Source: Malacoraja senta
Lineage: Eukaryota
Reading direction: 5' to 3'
Length of the DNA: 64,000 nt
Assembly (NCBI GenBank): GCA_038087875.1
Contig: CM075995.1
Coordinates: 4,652,001 to 4,716,000, forward strand
The translations under genes were made by a program, and so were the position numbers. Below the pieces are notes generated by a model that had not been told where the DNA came from, made no database searches, and worked only from the letters and a program-made list of their open reading frames with translations. Positions 1-11,861 of the stretch are shown here, piece by piece (positions within the stretch are counted from its first letter, which is position 1; each line of letters opens with the position of its first letter).

Positions 1-2
1 GC

Positions 3-110
3 CACACCGGGCATATCTACGTCGACATCCTGGGACCCCTGCATCCATCCAGAGGTGTCATCCACCTTCTCACCATCGTGGACCGATTCACGAGATGGCC
101 GGAAGCCGTC
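3..110 (+). mobile_element. Gypsy/Ty3 LTR retrotransposon integrase fragment
   Basis: Frame 3 reads HIYVDILGPLHPSRGVIHLLTIVDRFTRWPEAV, a typical rve integrase core start. Confidence 0.8.
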
Positions 111-1018
111 AATTCTCTATATTAAACTCCATCAACCATTCCTCAGCCCACCTAGCTAGTCGATCAAGATCCTGCTGCAATTTTTGACCACGATCTTCCC
201 AATCTATAATACGTCCCATTTAAGTGTCATCTGCAAACTTACTAATCATGCCTCAACTACATCTGATGGCATCTCATTGCAACTTAGGTCATGTGATAGG
301 AGCAGAATTGGACCATTTGGCTGATCAAGTCTACTCCACCATTCAATCAAGGCTGATCTATCTCTCCCTCCAAACCCCATTCTCCTGCCTTCTCCCCATA
401 ACCCCTGACATCCGTACTAATCAAGAATCTATCTATCTCTGCTTTAAAAATATCCATTGACTTGGCCTCCACACAGCCGTCTGTGGCAAAGAATTCCACA
501 GATTCACCACCAACATACTGATTCCCCTACCCTGGGTAAAAAGCACTGTGCATTCACCCCAATTATTCCTCTCATCATTAATACACGTCTATAAGACCAC
601 CCCTCATCCTCCTATGCTCCAAGGAATAAAATCCTAACCAATCCAATCTCTCCTTATAGCTAAGGCCCTCGAATCATGGCAACATCCTCGTAAATCTTCT
701 CTGCACACTTTCCAGCTTAATGGCATCTTTCCCACAAGGAGGGGAAACATTCACCGACCAAATCAAGTCATCCATCATTCCTTTCACAAATAAATAATAA
801 AGTTTTGCTCAGTATTTCGAACAACCCCCTAATAGAAGTGAGCGAACATTCATTACAAGTGTCCCACCTCACCGTGACAATAAAAACATTCTGTAATGAT
901 AGCCTCATTAATCCCACTGGCAATGTCGTAAACTGTTCGATCAATCTGGTGGAAGGGTGGAGCCCACAATGGCCCATTGTTGGCTGGGGAAGACAAAGGG
1001 ATACAAGGATGCGAACAG

Positions 1019-2785
1019 TCATAGAAACATAGAAAATAGGTGCAGGAGGAGGCCATTCTGCCCTTCGAGCCAGCACCGCCATTCATTGTGATCATGGCTG
1101 ATCATCCCAAATCAATAACCCGTGCCTACCTTCTCCCCATATCCCTTGATTCCACTAGCCCCTAGAGCTCTATCTAACTCTCTTAAATCCATCCAGTGAT
1201 TTGGCCTCCACTGCCCTCTGTGGCAGGGAATTCCACAAATTCACAACTCTCTGGTTGAAGAAGTTTTTTCTCACCTCAGTCTTAAATGGCCTCCCCTTTA
1301 TTCTAAGACTGTGGCCCCTGGTTCTGGACTCGCCCAACATTGGGAACATTTTTCCTGCATCTAGCTTGTCCAGTCCTTTTATAATTTTATGTGTTTCTAT
1401 AGGATCCCTCTCATCCTTCTAAACTCCAGTGAATACAAGCCTAGTCTTTTCAATCTTTCCTCATATGACAGTCCCGCCATCCCAGGGATCAATCTCGTGA
1501 ACCTACGTTGCACTGCCTCAATGTCAAGGATGTCCTTCCTCAAATTAAGAGACCAAAACTGTACACAATACTCCAGATGTGGTCTTACCAGAGCCCTATA
1601 CAACTGCAGAAGAACCTCTTTACTCCTATACTGAAATCCTCTTGTTATGAAGGCCAACATTCCATTAGCTTTCTTCACTGCCTGCTGTACCTGCACGCCA
1701 ACTTTCAGTGACTGTTTTTCAAGGACACCCAGGTCTCGTTGCACTAACCTTACCTAACCTAACCCCATTGAGATAATAATCTACCCCCTTGTTTTTGCCG
1801 CCAAAGTGGATAACCTCACATTTATCTATATTATACTGCATCTGCCACGCATCTGCCCACTCACTCAACCTATCCAGGTCACCCTGCAACCTCCTAACAT
1901 CCTCTTCACAGTTCACACTGCCACCCAGCTTTGTGTCATTCGCAAACTTGCTAGTGTTGCTCCTAATTCCCTCTACCAAATCATTAATATATATGGTAAA
2001 CAGTTGCAACCCCACACCGAGCCTTGCGGCACTCCACTCGCCACTGCCTGCCGTTCTGAAAAGGACCCGTTCACTCCTACTCTTTGCTTCCTGTCTGCCA
2101 ACCAATTTTCTATCCATGTCAACCCCCCTACCCCCAATACCATGTGTTCTAATTTTAGTCACCGGTCACCCGTGCGGGACCTTATCAAAGGCTTTCTGAA
2201 AGTCTAGATACACTACATCCACTGGCTCCCCATCCATTTTACTTATCACATCTTCAAAAAATTCCAGAAGATTAGTCAAGCATGATTTCCCTTTCATAAA
2301 TCCATGTTGCCTTGGACTAATCCTTTTACTGCTATCCAAATGCCCCATTATTACCTCTTTATCCATCTTTCCCACCACCGAAGTCAGGCTAACTGGTCTG
2401 TAATTCCCCGTTTATTCTCTCGCTCCTTTCTTGAAAAATGGGATGACGTTAGCTATCCTCCAATCCACAGGAACTGATCCTGAATAGACAATAGGTGCAG
2501 GAGTAGGCCATTCGGCCCTTCGAGCCAGCACCGCCATTCAATGTGATCATGGCTGATCATCCCCAATCAATACCCCGTTCCTGCCTTCCCATATCCACTG
2601 ACTCCGCTATTTTTAAGTGCCCTATCTAGCTCTCTCTTGAAAGCATCCTGAGAACCTGCCTCCACCGCACTCTGAGGCAGAGAATTCCACAGACTCACCA
2701 CTCTCTGTGAGAAAAGGTGTTTCCTCGTCTCCGTTCTAACGAATCTATTGAACATTGGAAAATGATCACCAATGCGTCCACTAGC
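1019..2785 (-). mobile_element. CR1 LINE 3' part (degraded RT), with a second CR1 3' end nested at ~2487-2740
   Basis: Minus ORFs QHGFMKGKSCLTNLLEFFE, YLDFQKAFDKVPH, LVRPHLEYCVQFWS. (CTATGTTT)n tail at ~1020; the nested copy has a CTATTGT-type tail. Confidence 0.9.
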
Positions 2786-3698
2786 AGTACGCCTAGAGGG
2801 GGGGGGGGAGAGGGAGGGAATGCAGTGGTTACTTCACATAACAGAAATCAACGTTCATACCGCTGGATAGACACAAAAAGCTGGAGTAACTCAGCAGGAC
2901 AGGCAGCATCTCTGGAGAGAAGGAATGGCTGACGTTTCAGGTCGAGGCCCTTCTTTATACCATTAGGTTGTAAGCTGCTCAAGCAAAATACGAGGTTGGG
3001 AGAGGCCAACAACTCGGAGGCTTTGTTGATTTTTTTTAAATCCCAAAATTAAAAAAAATATTTCTCCACGTTATTCGTACTGATAATTGAATTACGCACT
3101 CATTCCAGTGCAATGTTACTCCAGCATTTCGTGTCTATCTTTGGTATAAACCAGCATCTGCAGGTCCAGTCTGAAGAAGGCTCTCCCTCCCCCCTGAAAC
3201 ACCACCCATCCCTTCTCTCCAGAGATGCTGCCTGACCCGCTGAGTCACTCCAGCTTTGTGTGTCCATCTTCGGTTTAAACCATGCATCTGCAGTTCCTTC
3301 CTCACACACCATTCCATCTGCAGTTAGTTCCTTGTTGTGACACATAAGCAGGCTGCTTCCTTACCAGGGGAATCCTGTGATGGTTCTTCAGCAGGGCAAG
3401 GTTGTGGCAGGGAACTGGGTTTGTCCGCTTGGCTGCCTTTATGGAATCGCGACCCTAGGCTTCAGCAACTATGAGAGGGGGGTGCAGGGAGTACATCATA
3501 CCCGGGCCCGGGGTCCAAAAGGGAGCCAATGGAAGGGGGGCCGGGAATTTCCTGAAATCTCAGAAAATGTTTGCATATATTTTGTGAACACTAGCATTCA
3601 CATTTTGTGTGAGCCTACATAGTTTTATACATCGTAATTCGTAAAAATTATGATCCATAATATTATGTCGTTTTGGGAAATGTAGAGGTATAATGAAT

Positions 3699-4172
3699 AA
3701 GCATCGAAGCCTTCGTCATCAAGAACCAACTAAGATGGGTCGGTCATGTCGTTCGGATGGAAGACGAGAGTCTACCAAAGCAAACCTACTCCCAGCTTAG
3801 AGAAGGCAAACGTAAAAAAGGCGGACATAAGAAGAGATTCAAAGACGCCTTAAAAGCCAGCATGAAGAAATGTGAAATCGACATAGACAATTGGGAAACC
3901 AATGCCAAGGACAGGAAACTGGCGAACCATCATCCAAGAAGGAACCGCGACCTTCAAAGCCAAGAGATGCGCAGAATTAGAAGAAAAGATAAGAAAATGG
4001 AAAGAGAGACAGCAACAACCAAAGCCCGATCTGCCATCTGGAATTACCTGTCCTGAATGTCGAAGAACTTTCAAAGCCAGGATTGGACTCGTAAGCCACC
4101 TGAGAGTCCATAAAAACAACAGAAGGTAGACCATCATCCTCGACCTCGAGGGATAGCGACGACGATAATAAT
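3699..4172 (+). mobile_element. RTE-clade LINE 3' fragment
   Basis: Frameshifted QLRWVGHVVRMEDESLPKQ...KRFKDALK...CPECRRTFKARIGLVSHLRVH (C2H2-like C-terminus), short-repeat tail gacgacgataataata. Confidence 0.8.
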
Positions 4173-5899
4173 ACCTATGTATGCATATTATTTATAATTT
4201 TACTTCGGAGTCACGTGAGTGACTACGTGAAGAAGCCCCGTCCAGCCGCACACGCGTCATTATCGATCAGACGCATAGCGTTCATGACCGTGTGTGGAGG
4301 AGCAGGAGCTCCTCCAGCCGGTGAGTAAAACAAAAGTAAAACAAAAGTCGGAAGGTAAGTGGAGTTATTTTTCACTTACAGGAGCGTTTCCTTCCCGTTT
4401 AGACTTGTTGGTAGAGCTCCACACAAGTTTATTATGGAGAAATGGGAAGGAGAGGGGCCAGGGACGCACCGTAGTAAAACCCCAGGCCCTAAGGGTAGCG
4501 GGCGTCAGTCAGGGGAGTCAGTGGCAGCGAAGCCATTAACTCCCGTTGTGGTCGAATGTGCGTTAAACCGCCGCGGGCGGGCGCAAGGCTGAGGAAAAAA
4601 AAAAGAAAAAAAATCGGCCCGATCTGTAGACTCGGATGAGTCAGACCCGGAGGTATGCCCTCCTCAGGCAGGTAAGAGTATTACACTGCAAGGGTCAAAA
4701 ACTTTTTAACTCCTTATGGGGCAGATGATTTGTAAAGAACCCCCACAGGAGGATTTAAGTCGGTGTTGGCCAATGAAGTATAGCACAGGAGGTGCCTTGG
4801 AACAGGCACAAGGGTGGCCTACAGGAGAGCCATCAGTACCTGTGCAGAAACATTAAAGAGGTTGACCTACAGGAGAGCCAGTGCCCAAAAATGCCAGAAA
4901 AAAAGGCAAGTTATGTGTTGGCCTATTGGAGAGCCAGTACTAGAAATGCCTGAACAAAAGGCAGCACAAACGTGCAATGATAAATGTGCCAGCACCGACA
5001 AATATAAAGAGTAAAAATAATGAAGCGTTGGCCTAGAATTGAGCCAGCGCAAGCAGCACCTGAAGCAGGGCTGCCTGTCCGTGGGCCTACAAGAGAGCCC
5101 GCGCAGGGGGAATCTGGCAGAGACTTACCTGAAACAGGGGAGCCAGAAATTACCCAACATAAAAATGAATATCTAGATTTAGATGATGATTTAAATGAGG
5201 ACCAGAGCCCATTATCAGAGCCAAAAATGTTCCAAAAAGGCTGGCACAAAACTTTGCTGTTCCCAGAGTAACAGGGGAACCTTTGAGAGAGGAAATAGCT
5301 ATGACTATAAATTATCTACTCTCCCATCAGCCCAGGAATTAACCATGGATGAGACTATCAAAAAATATGAGACCCGGGAAATTGTAGCAGTTACAGCAGT
5401 GAATAAACTTGATATGGGTAATTTGAGCAGTGGTTTACGCTCACAAGAATTGAAATTACACAAGTGCTGAAATTTCTGGGGTCAGTGGTTTGGATGAAGG
5501 TTATATATCGTATTCACAACAAAATGTAGCACTCATGTGTAGTGCGCACTTTGAAATAAATTGTATTCATAAAAATGCAATAAGACCAAATATTCATCCT
5601 AAGTATGCAGGCTCTGCAAACCATGCAATATACAAATGCCTAAATCTGTTTTGGAGAAAATCTAGCAAAGAAACTAAAGGATCACCTATGCTGAGCAGAG
5701 CGGTGAGAAGGCAGTATCCCTACAGGCGAAATGTGGTGCTGGAGAAGGAACAATCCTATCATTCTCGTATACACATTGACGTGCTGCACCGAGGATACGT
5801 GGAGGTTACAATGTGCCTACTAGAAGGGGACAACAACTGCCGGTGGCAAACCCCGAGGTTAGGGGGCTTGGTCTGGTAAGAAACACAACAAATGTTTCA

Positions 5900-7476
5900 C
5901 ACTCACAAATAGGGGGAAGGTTACGATTCTTCCTAAAAGAATGGCAATCAATAACAAATGATTCATTTATTCTATGTAGCATTGTAGGATTCAAAATTGA
6001 GTTATCTCCACGTTTGGATCCTCCAATTCAACATAATTCAAACTGGTCACGGATTTTCTCAAAGGAAGAGAATGGGTTGATCAAAGGAGAATTGAAAAAC
6101 TTTATGCAGAAAAGGATGATATAAATGTCAGGAGAACAACACCATCAGTTTGTGTCAAATATTCTCCTAGGAATATTCTCCTAGAAAAGGGATGGTGGAC
6201 ATAGAATCATTTCCGATCTGACAAATCTTAACCTTTATGTACAATAGAAACATTTCAAAATGGAAACATTTACTAATGCCATTTAGCTAGTCACAAAGAA
6301 TTGCTATAAGGCAAGCATAGATCTGCAAAATGCATATTATTCTGTGGCAATGCATGGTAATGATCAAAGATATTTGAAATTTAGATGGATGAGTCAGTTA
6401 TGGCAATTTAAAGCATTGCCCAATGGTCTGATTTGCCCAAGATTATTCACTAAATTGCTCAAACCAAATTTTAGCTCTGTTAAGAGCTGAGGGCCATGTA
6501 TTAATGGCTTATTTAGATGATATCCTCATTGTAGGGGACACTTTGGCTGCTGCAAAATTGTCAGTATCCAAAGTCAAATACATNNNNNNNNNNNNNNNNN
6601 NNNNNNNNNNNNNNNNNNNNNNNNNNNNNNNNNNNNNNNNNNNNNNNNNNNNNNNNNNNNNNNNNNNNNNNNNNNNNNNNNNNNNNNNNNNNNNNNNNNN
6701 NNNNNNNNNNNNNNNNNNNNNNNNNNNNNNNNNNNNNNNNNNNNNNNNNNNNNNNNNNNNNNNNNNNNNNNNNNNNNNNNNNNGAATCAATTATCTAGAG
6801 CTATTTGGCGCATTTTACGGCCTTAGAGCTTATTGCACTGATATGGGAAATGTGCATGTTCAGGTACAGGTTGACAATACTACAGCTGTAGCATACATAA
6901 ATCACATGGGTGGTATAAAATCAGAATCATGTGATAAATTGGTAAATGAAATTTGGACCTGGGGTATTGCCAGAAAAATTTGGCTGTCAGCAATATATTT
7001 ACCAGGTAAAAATTAATACAATTGCAGACAAAAGATCACGTAAATTTAATGATAATACAGAATGGATGTTAAATCGGAAAATATTCACACAAATTATCAC
7101 ACAATTTGGAATGCCAGAAATTGATCTGGTTGCATCAAGATTGAACCACCAGTTGACTAAGTATGTGTCATGGGAACCTGATCCTGGAGCAGTAGTGGTG
7201 GATGCTTTCTCGCTACATTGGGGTGGTATGTTTCTGTATGCTTTTCCACCATTTTGTTTAATCCACAAATGCATACAGAAAATTAAACAAGATTCAAGCC
7301 TCAGGGATTTTGGTAGTACCAGATTGGCCTACACAGGTATGGTACCCACTGGTGTTAAAAATGATCAAAAAAACCCTTATGGTTATTCCAAAGCAGATTA
7401 AACTGCTTGTACACCCTGTGACTAATGAATCACATCCTTTACATAATCGTATTGGTTTGTTGATTTGCAGATTCTA
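5900..7476 (+). pseudogene. DIRS RT/RNase H/MT region with stops, frameshifts and an assembly gap
   Basis: GGRLRFFLKEWQSIT, HFKME, IDLQNAYY, AYLDDIL, INYLELFGA, VDNTTAVAYINHMGG, ADKRSR, YAFPPF; in-frame stops and a small duplication near 6158-6184. Confidence 0.85.
6584..6783. other. assembly gap (200 N)
   Basis: Run of N inside the DIRS RT/RNase H region. Confidence 1.
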
Positions 7477-7514
7477 AGAAGGCATATCGTGGAAAAGGAT
7501 TATCAGACCGTACG

Positions 7515-8400
7515 GTGGATGTTATGACAGCAGCCTGGAGGAATAGTACCCAGAAGCAGTACATTTCCTATATAAAGAAATGGGAGGTGTTTTGTTCAGG
7601 AAAGAATATTGCATATAACACAGTAGAAGTTTCAGATGTAATAGAGTTTCTTTCAACTCTACACTATGAATTGAAATTAAGTTATAGTGCAATTAATACT
7701 GCACGAAGTGCACTCTCTGCATATTTAAGCAGTGAATCAGAACAAACTCCAATTGGAGAACATCCTTGGGTCTGTAGGTTTATGAAAGGAATTTTCAACT
7801 CTAATCCTCCCAGACCCAGGTATACAGAAATTTGGAATGTAAAAGATGTACTGATGTTCCTAAGGAGTTGGAATCCAGTTGAAACCCTGTCATTATCCAA
7901 AATTACCATGAAATTGGTTATGCTCATGGCATTAGTTTCAGCGCAGAGAGTTCAAACATTACAGAAACTCAGAATTGATAGAATGAAAGTAGGGCAAAAT
8001 GCCGTGACATTCTATGTCTATGATTTACTGAAGCAAAGTAGACCTGGGTCCACAGGATGCAAGTTGGAATTTTTAGCATTACCTACAGATTCACGACTGT
8101 GTGTAGTAACATATGTGAAATGTTACATAGAAACAACAAAAGTTTTAAGAGGCGCCGAATTAGCAATTTTTATTAGTCATAAAAAGCCTCATAAGAAAGT
8201 ATCAACACAAACAATTTCACGATGGTTGAAACAGGTGTTGAGATATTCAGGTATTGATACTGATAAATTTAAATCTCATTCCACGAGGGCGGCATCAACA
8301 TCAGCGGCCAGGGATTCAGCTTGCCAATAGACCTTATTCTCGCGGCCGCAGGATGGGCAAGTGAACAGATGTTTCACAAGTATTACCACAAGGAGATTAA
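7515..8400 (+). pseudogene. DIRS tyrosine recombinase (frameshift near 8320)
   Basis: 271-aa ORF with SAQRVQTL and KSHSTRAAS; the shifted frame continues LPIDLILAAAGWASEQMFHKYY. Confidence 0.9.
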
Positions 8401-10466
8401 AGATCTCAGATGGGTTTGGTGATGCCGTGCTGGATACAGTATTAAATCCCCCATTATAAATGGGCCTAATATTTGTTATTTTTATTAAAACAAATAAAAC
8501 CATTAACTGATTACATTCAAATGTTGTGGTTATGCATTGTTGATTGTGCTTACTCAAATAGAGTCAATCGATGCAGTGAACACCTGGATTTGAATCCACG
8601 GTGTGAAATCACAGAGCTTTGAAATCTTCACGTAGTCACTCACGTGACTCCGAAGTAAAATAGTAAGATTAAACGAGAACTTACCAAGTTTGAAGTTTGA
8701 TCTTTATTTTATGAGGAGTAACGTTGAGGGATTACGTGCCCTCCGCTCCCACCCTCATAAAAGGATCAAGCTGGTAGTTCTAAGTCTTTATGCATCTTAC
8801 TATCATACTTCAGTAATTATCGTCTGTGATTGTCACTCCGCTGCTTTGAAAGATTGACGCGTGTGCGGCTGGACAGGGCTTCTTCACGTAATCCCTCAAC
8901 TTTACTCCTCATAAAATAAAGATCAAACTTCAAACTTGGTACGTTCTCGTTTAATCTTACTATTATCAAATACTACGTTACGTGCTTTTTTTAGATGAAA
9001 TACTGCCTATAAACGCATTAAAGAAAAAAGAACATTTTGCCTTCGAGTCTCAAGTAAAAAACAGTTGCCGAACATGTGGTCAGCTGATGCGTGGCCACTT
9101 GTCTTAGCCGTCGCGCCATCACGGCATGTAAGTAGACATGGACCTCATGTAAATATTTAACCCAAATATTTCACCCTAATATTTGCCCGGCAGGGTAGCC
9201 GAGTGTGTGAAACCGAGGGATTTGGGGTTTTAGAACTGGCATTAAGGCAGAATTTGTACTCGTTTAGACAGCTAGTTTATTACTGAGGGTGGGATTCACA
9301 TCGGTAGTATGGTGGAGTGACTGGGGATCATGGATCAGCATGCTGAGTAGGCTATATTTACGACCATACATGACAAAATAGACAATTAAGAGGTATGTTA
9401 CTGTTCCTCACCAGCAGGCATGTTTTAGGGAATTTGGAATTTTACTAATGACACTGAATATTCCATGCCAGACTTAACAGTACTGACCTTTTGAAGATTT
9501 ATGTTTTAGAACTGACATAATTCCAAGTGCCTGTTTGATACATAGGGTGGGCAATATGGCGATGGTCGTTTCACCTTGCAACTTAGCGTAGTAGCCTTTG
9601 ATCACCCCAAAATAAGTCAGGCCTATAGGATTTAAGCTTGGATAAAGACAAAAGGTAGCAGGAGGAGCAAAAAGGCAGCAAGTATGCACAGAAATGCATC
9701 ATAAAAATGTTATTTGTTACTTTTGAGTTACCCAATATTTTTCTGTGTTGCTATCTAACGAAATACTGCCGCTTTCTGGTGCCTGTTGTCACTGCCGTAT
9801 AACTAACGTAACGCATGTATTAACTGTAACCTATATTACACATTATTGCAACAGTTCATAGCTTATCTATAGAACTTTTGTGGCCCAATGATGATAATTT
9901 GATCGCCAGCTTGGCTAAGCCTATTCAAAAGATCAGGCATCACATGGAAATTACTACAAAACCGTATTGGTTGTTCTCTTCATGCTATGTCTGAAACAAG
10001 ATGGTCAGATCGTGTTATATGTGTAAAGCCTTTTGCAGCTCACTTGCCTGGCATTAAATTTGCACTGGAAGACCTCGTAGAACTAAATTTGACAGCCAAA
10101 ACAAGAAATGAAGTCCATGGAGTTTTATTGTATGTGACATATTTTGCCTGTGTTAATGTCAGCTGTGTGGTACAAAATATTTGCTGGCATAGATATTTGC
10201 TACAAGGTCATCCAAGCTAGAGATACTACACTGGATGTTGAAGTAGCAAACATAGAATCTCTCCTCACGGATCTGACAAAACTTCGAAACAATTGGAAAT
10301 CCATGTGGAATGAAGCCAAATCGGTTGCGTCAAACCTAAAGATAGAAATAAAACTCTCCCTTAGATGTGGTGGAGTTAGGCGCAAGAGGGCAAAGCCGCA
10401 TGATGACAGCACACCTGATGCTAACTTGGAGGAAATTAATGATACAGATGATACGCCAGAAGAGGC

Positions 10467-11000
10467 TGTTACGCCTCCCCGAAAGCAGGCAATCCAGAGC
10501 CGCGTAACACAGTTCAAAAGCCAGGTTTAAGTTCAAAAATAGTTTAATTATTTAATAACACACCAAAACCCAAACCTGATTCAAACAACCCAGACAAGGA
10601 TGAATGGATTAACAAACAACTTAAAAGTGCTCAGGCCAGCCACGCGATGGACCGTCGAACCTGAGACTCTAAACCTGCCTAAAAGAAAGCTATCCCTGAA
10701 ACAAAATACCGATAACTTCTAAGGACAGCCCAATCAATATTTGGTACTACGTAATGTTGAAATTACACGAAGTTCTATGCCATGTGGCCGGGCCTTCCAC
10801 AGCCCACAACAGCAATCAGCTCACGAGGCAGGGTCGTCGAAGAGAGAGCGAGAATTCTGGGAACTCTCGTATTTATACTTCAGATGAGTCACCCGTCACC
10901 TGACGCAGCTTGGCCAAACGGGTACAGGAGCCTTTTAGCCTGCACTCGGGAAAGAAACAGAGAAAGGTTAATACATAACATTGACCAGGAGGGGCTACCA
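10467..11000 (-). mobile_element. solo LTR with 5-bp TSD (GAGGC)
   Basis: TG...CA ends. GAGGC at 10462-10466 and 11001-11005; removing the insert restores the hAT frame EEA-YFRK. TATAAA (~10875) and ATTAAA (~10545) on the minus strand. Confidence 0.75.
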
Positions 11001-11259
11001 GAGGCCTACTTCAGAAAGTGTGTGTTTTACGTTTTGGTAGACAATGTTATAGCAGGATTAACTGTCCGCTTCAATGCCATTAAGTAGTTGGCAGAAAAAA
11101 AATCTACTATGTCTGAAAGTGATGTGGAGAGAAAAGCTTTATCTTTATCAGAACAATATCCTGCTGACCTTAACGGTGATGATTTTGAAAAATAAATGCA
11201 ATATTTACCCTCAGTACATAAAGCTAATTTTGTAAATGCACAGTTAAAGCCATTAGATC

Positions 11260-11385
11260 TCAAGAGTCAAGAGTGTTTTAGTGTCATATGTTCCAGATAG
11301 AACAATGAAATTCTTACTTGCTGCAGCACAACAGAATATGTAAACATAGTACATGTAAATAATATGATAAACATAGCATAACTAT
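11260..11385 (-). mobile_element. short LINE-type 3' end with (TCTTGAC)n tail (Rex1-like) interrupting hAT transposase
   Basis: The same sequence recurs at ~61085-61185 (+) and ~60775-60870 (-); it splits KPLD|LNLL. Confidence 0.55.
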
Positions 11386-11574
11386 GTTTGAACTTGTTAA
11401 CAGAGTACAGACCTGATGACCTGTTTCCAAATGTTTGTGTTAGCTTAAGAATACAATTAACAATTCCAGCAACAGTAGCTTCAGCTGAGAGGTCATTCAG
11501 CAAACTCAAGCTGATTAAGAATTATTTAAGGTCTACAATGTCTCAGGAACGTCTTGTGGATTTGGCCAGGCTAA

Positions 11575-11861
11575 TGGGGCTGTCCCAATGTACGAGTTAA
11601 TTCAAGAGTTCTATCCGGGTTTCCTCTGATTCGAACTCGGAGAATTACGTTAATAGCCGCTCGTAGGTACTCGGGGCTCTCGTGGACATTTTTCAACATG
11701 TCCCGAGCTTACCGCGTTTCCCGAGTACCTGCCGTTAGCGTTACGAGCCACTAAGTGACGTCCCGAGCTCCGACTACGTACATTCTATGTGTTTCCAAGA
11801 GTTTGATTTTTTTTAAACTCGGGAGAGCTCTTGGGTGAACTCGTACAGTGGGACAGGCCTA
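11575..11861. mobile_element. PIF/Harbinger-like MITE
   Basis: TIR gggctgtcccaatgtacgagtt / aactcgtacagtgggacaggcc, flanked by TAA and TTA; splits hAT LAR|SI. Confidence 0.75.

Larger units (their letters stand above)
4198..8962 (+). mobile_element. DIRS1-type tyrosine-recombinase retrotransposon, structurally complete but ORFs disrupted
   Basis: ITR 4224-4259 vs 8855-8890. ICR 8625-8660 is complementary to the left end (4198-4233) and 8661-8738 to the right extension (to 8962). RT (YLDD), RNase H, methyltransferase-like (DLVASRLN, YAFPPF) and YR (HSTR) are present. Confidence 0.95.

Noticed and set aside
11388..11600. ZMYM1/ZBED-like domesticated gene
   Set aside because: Multiple stops and insertions, no exon structure; a transposon fossil.
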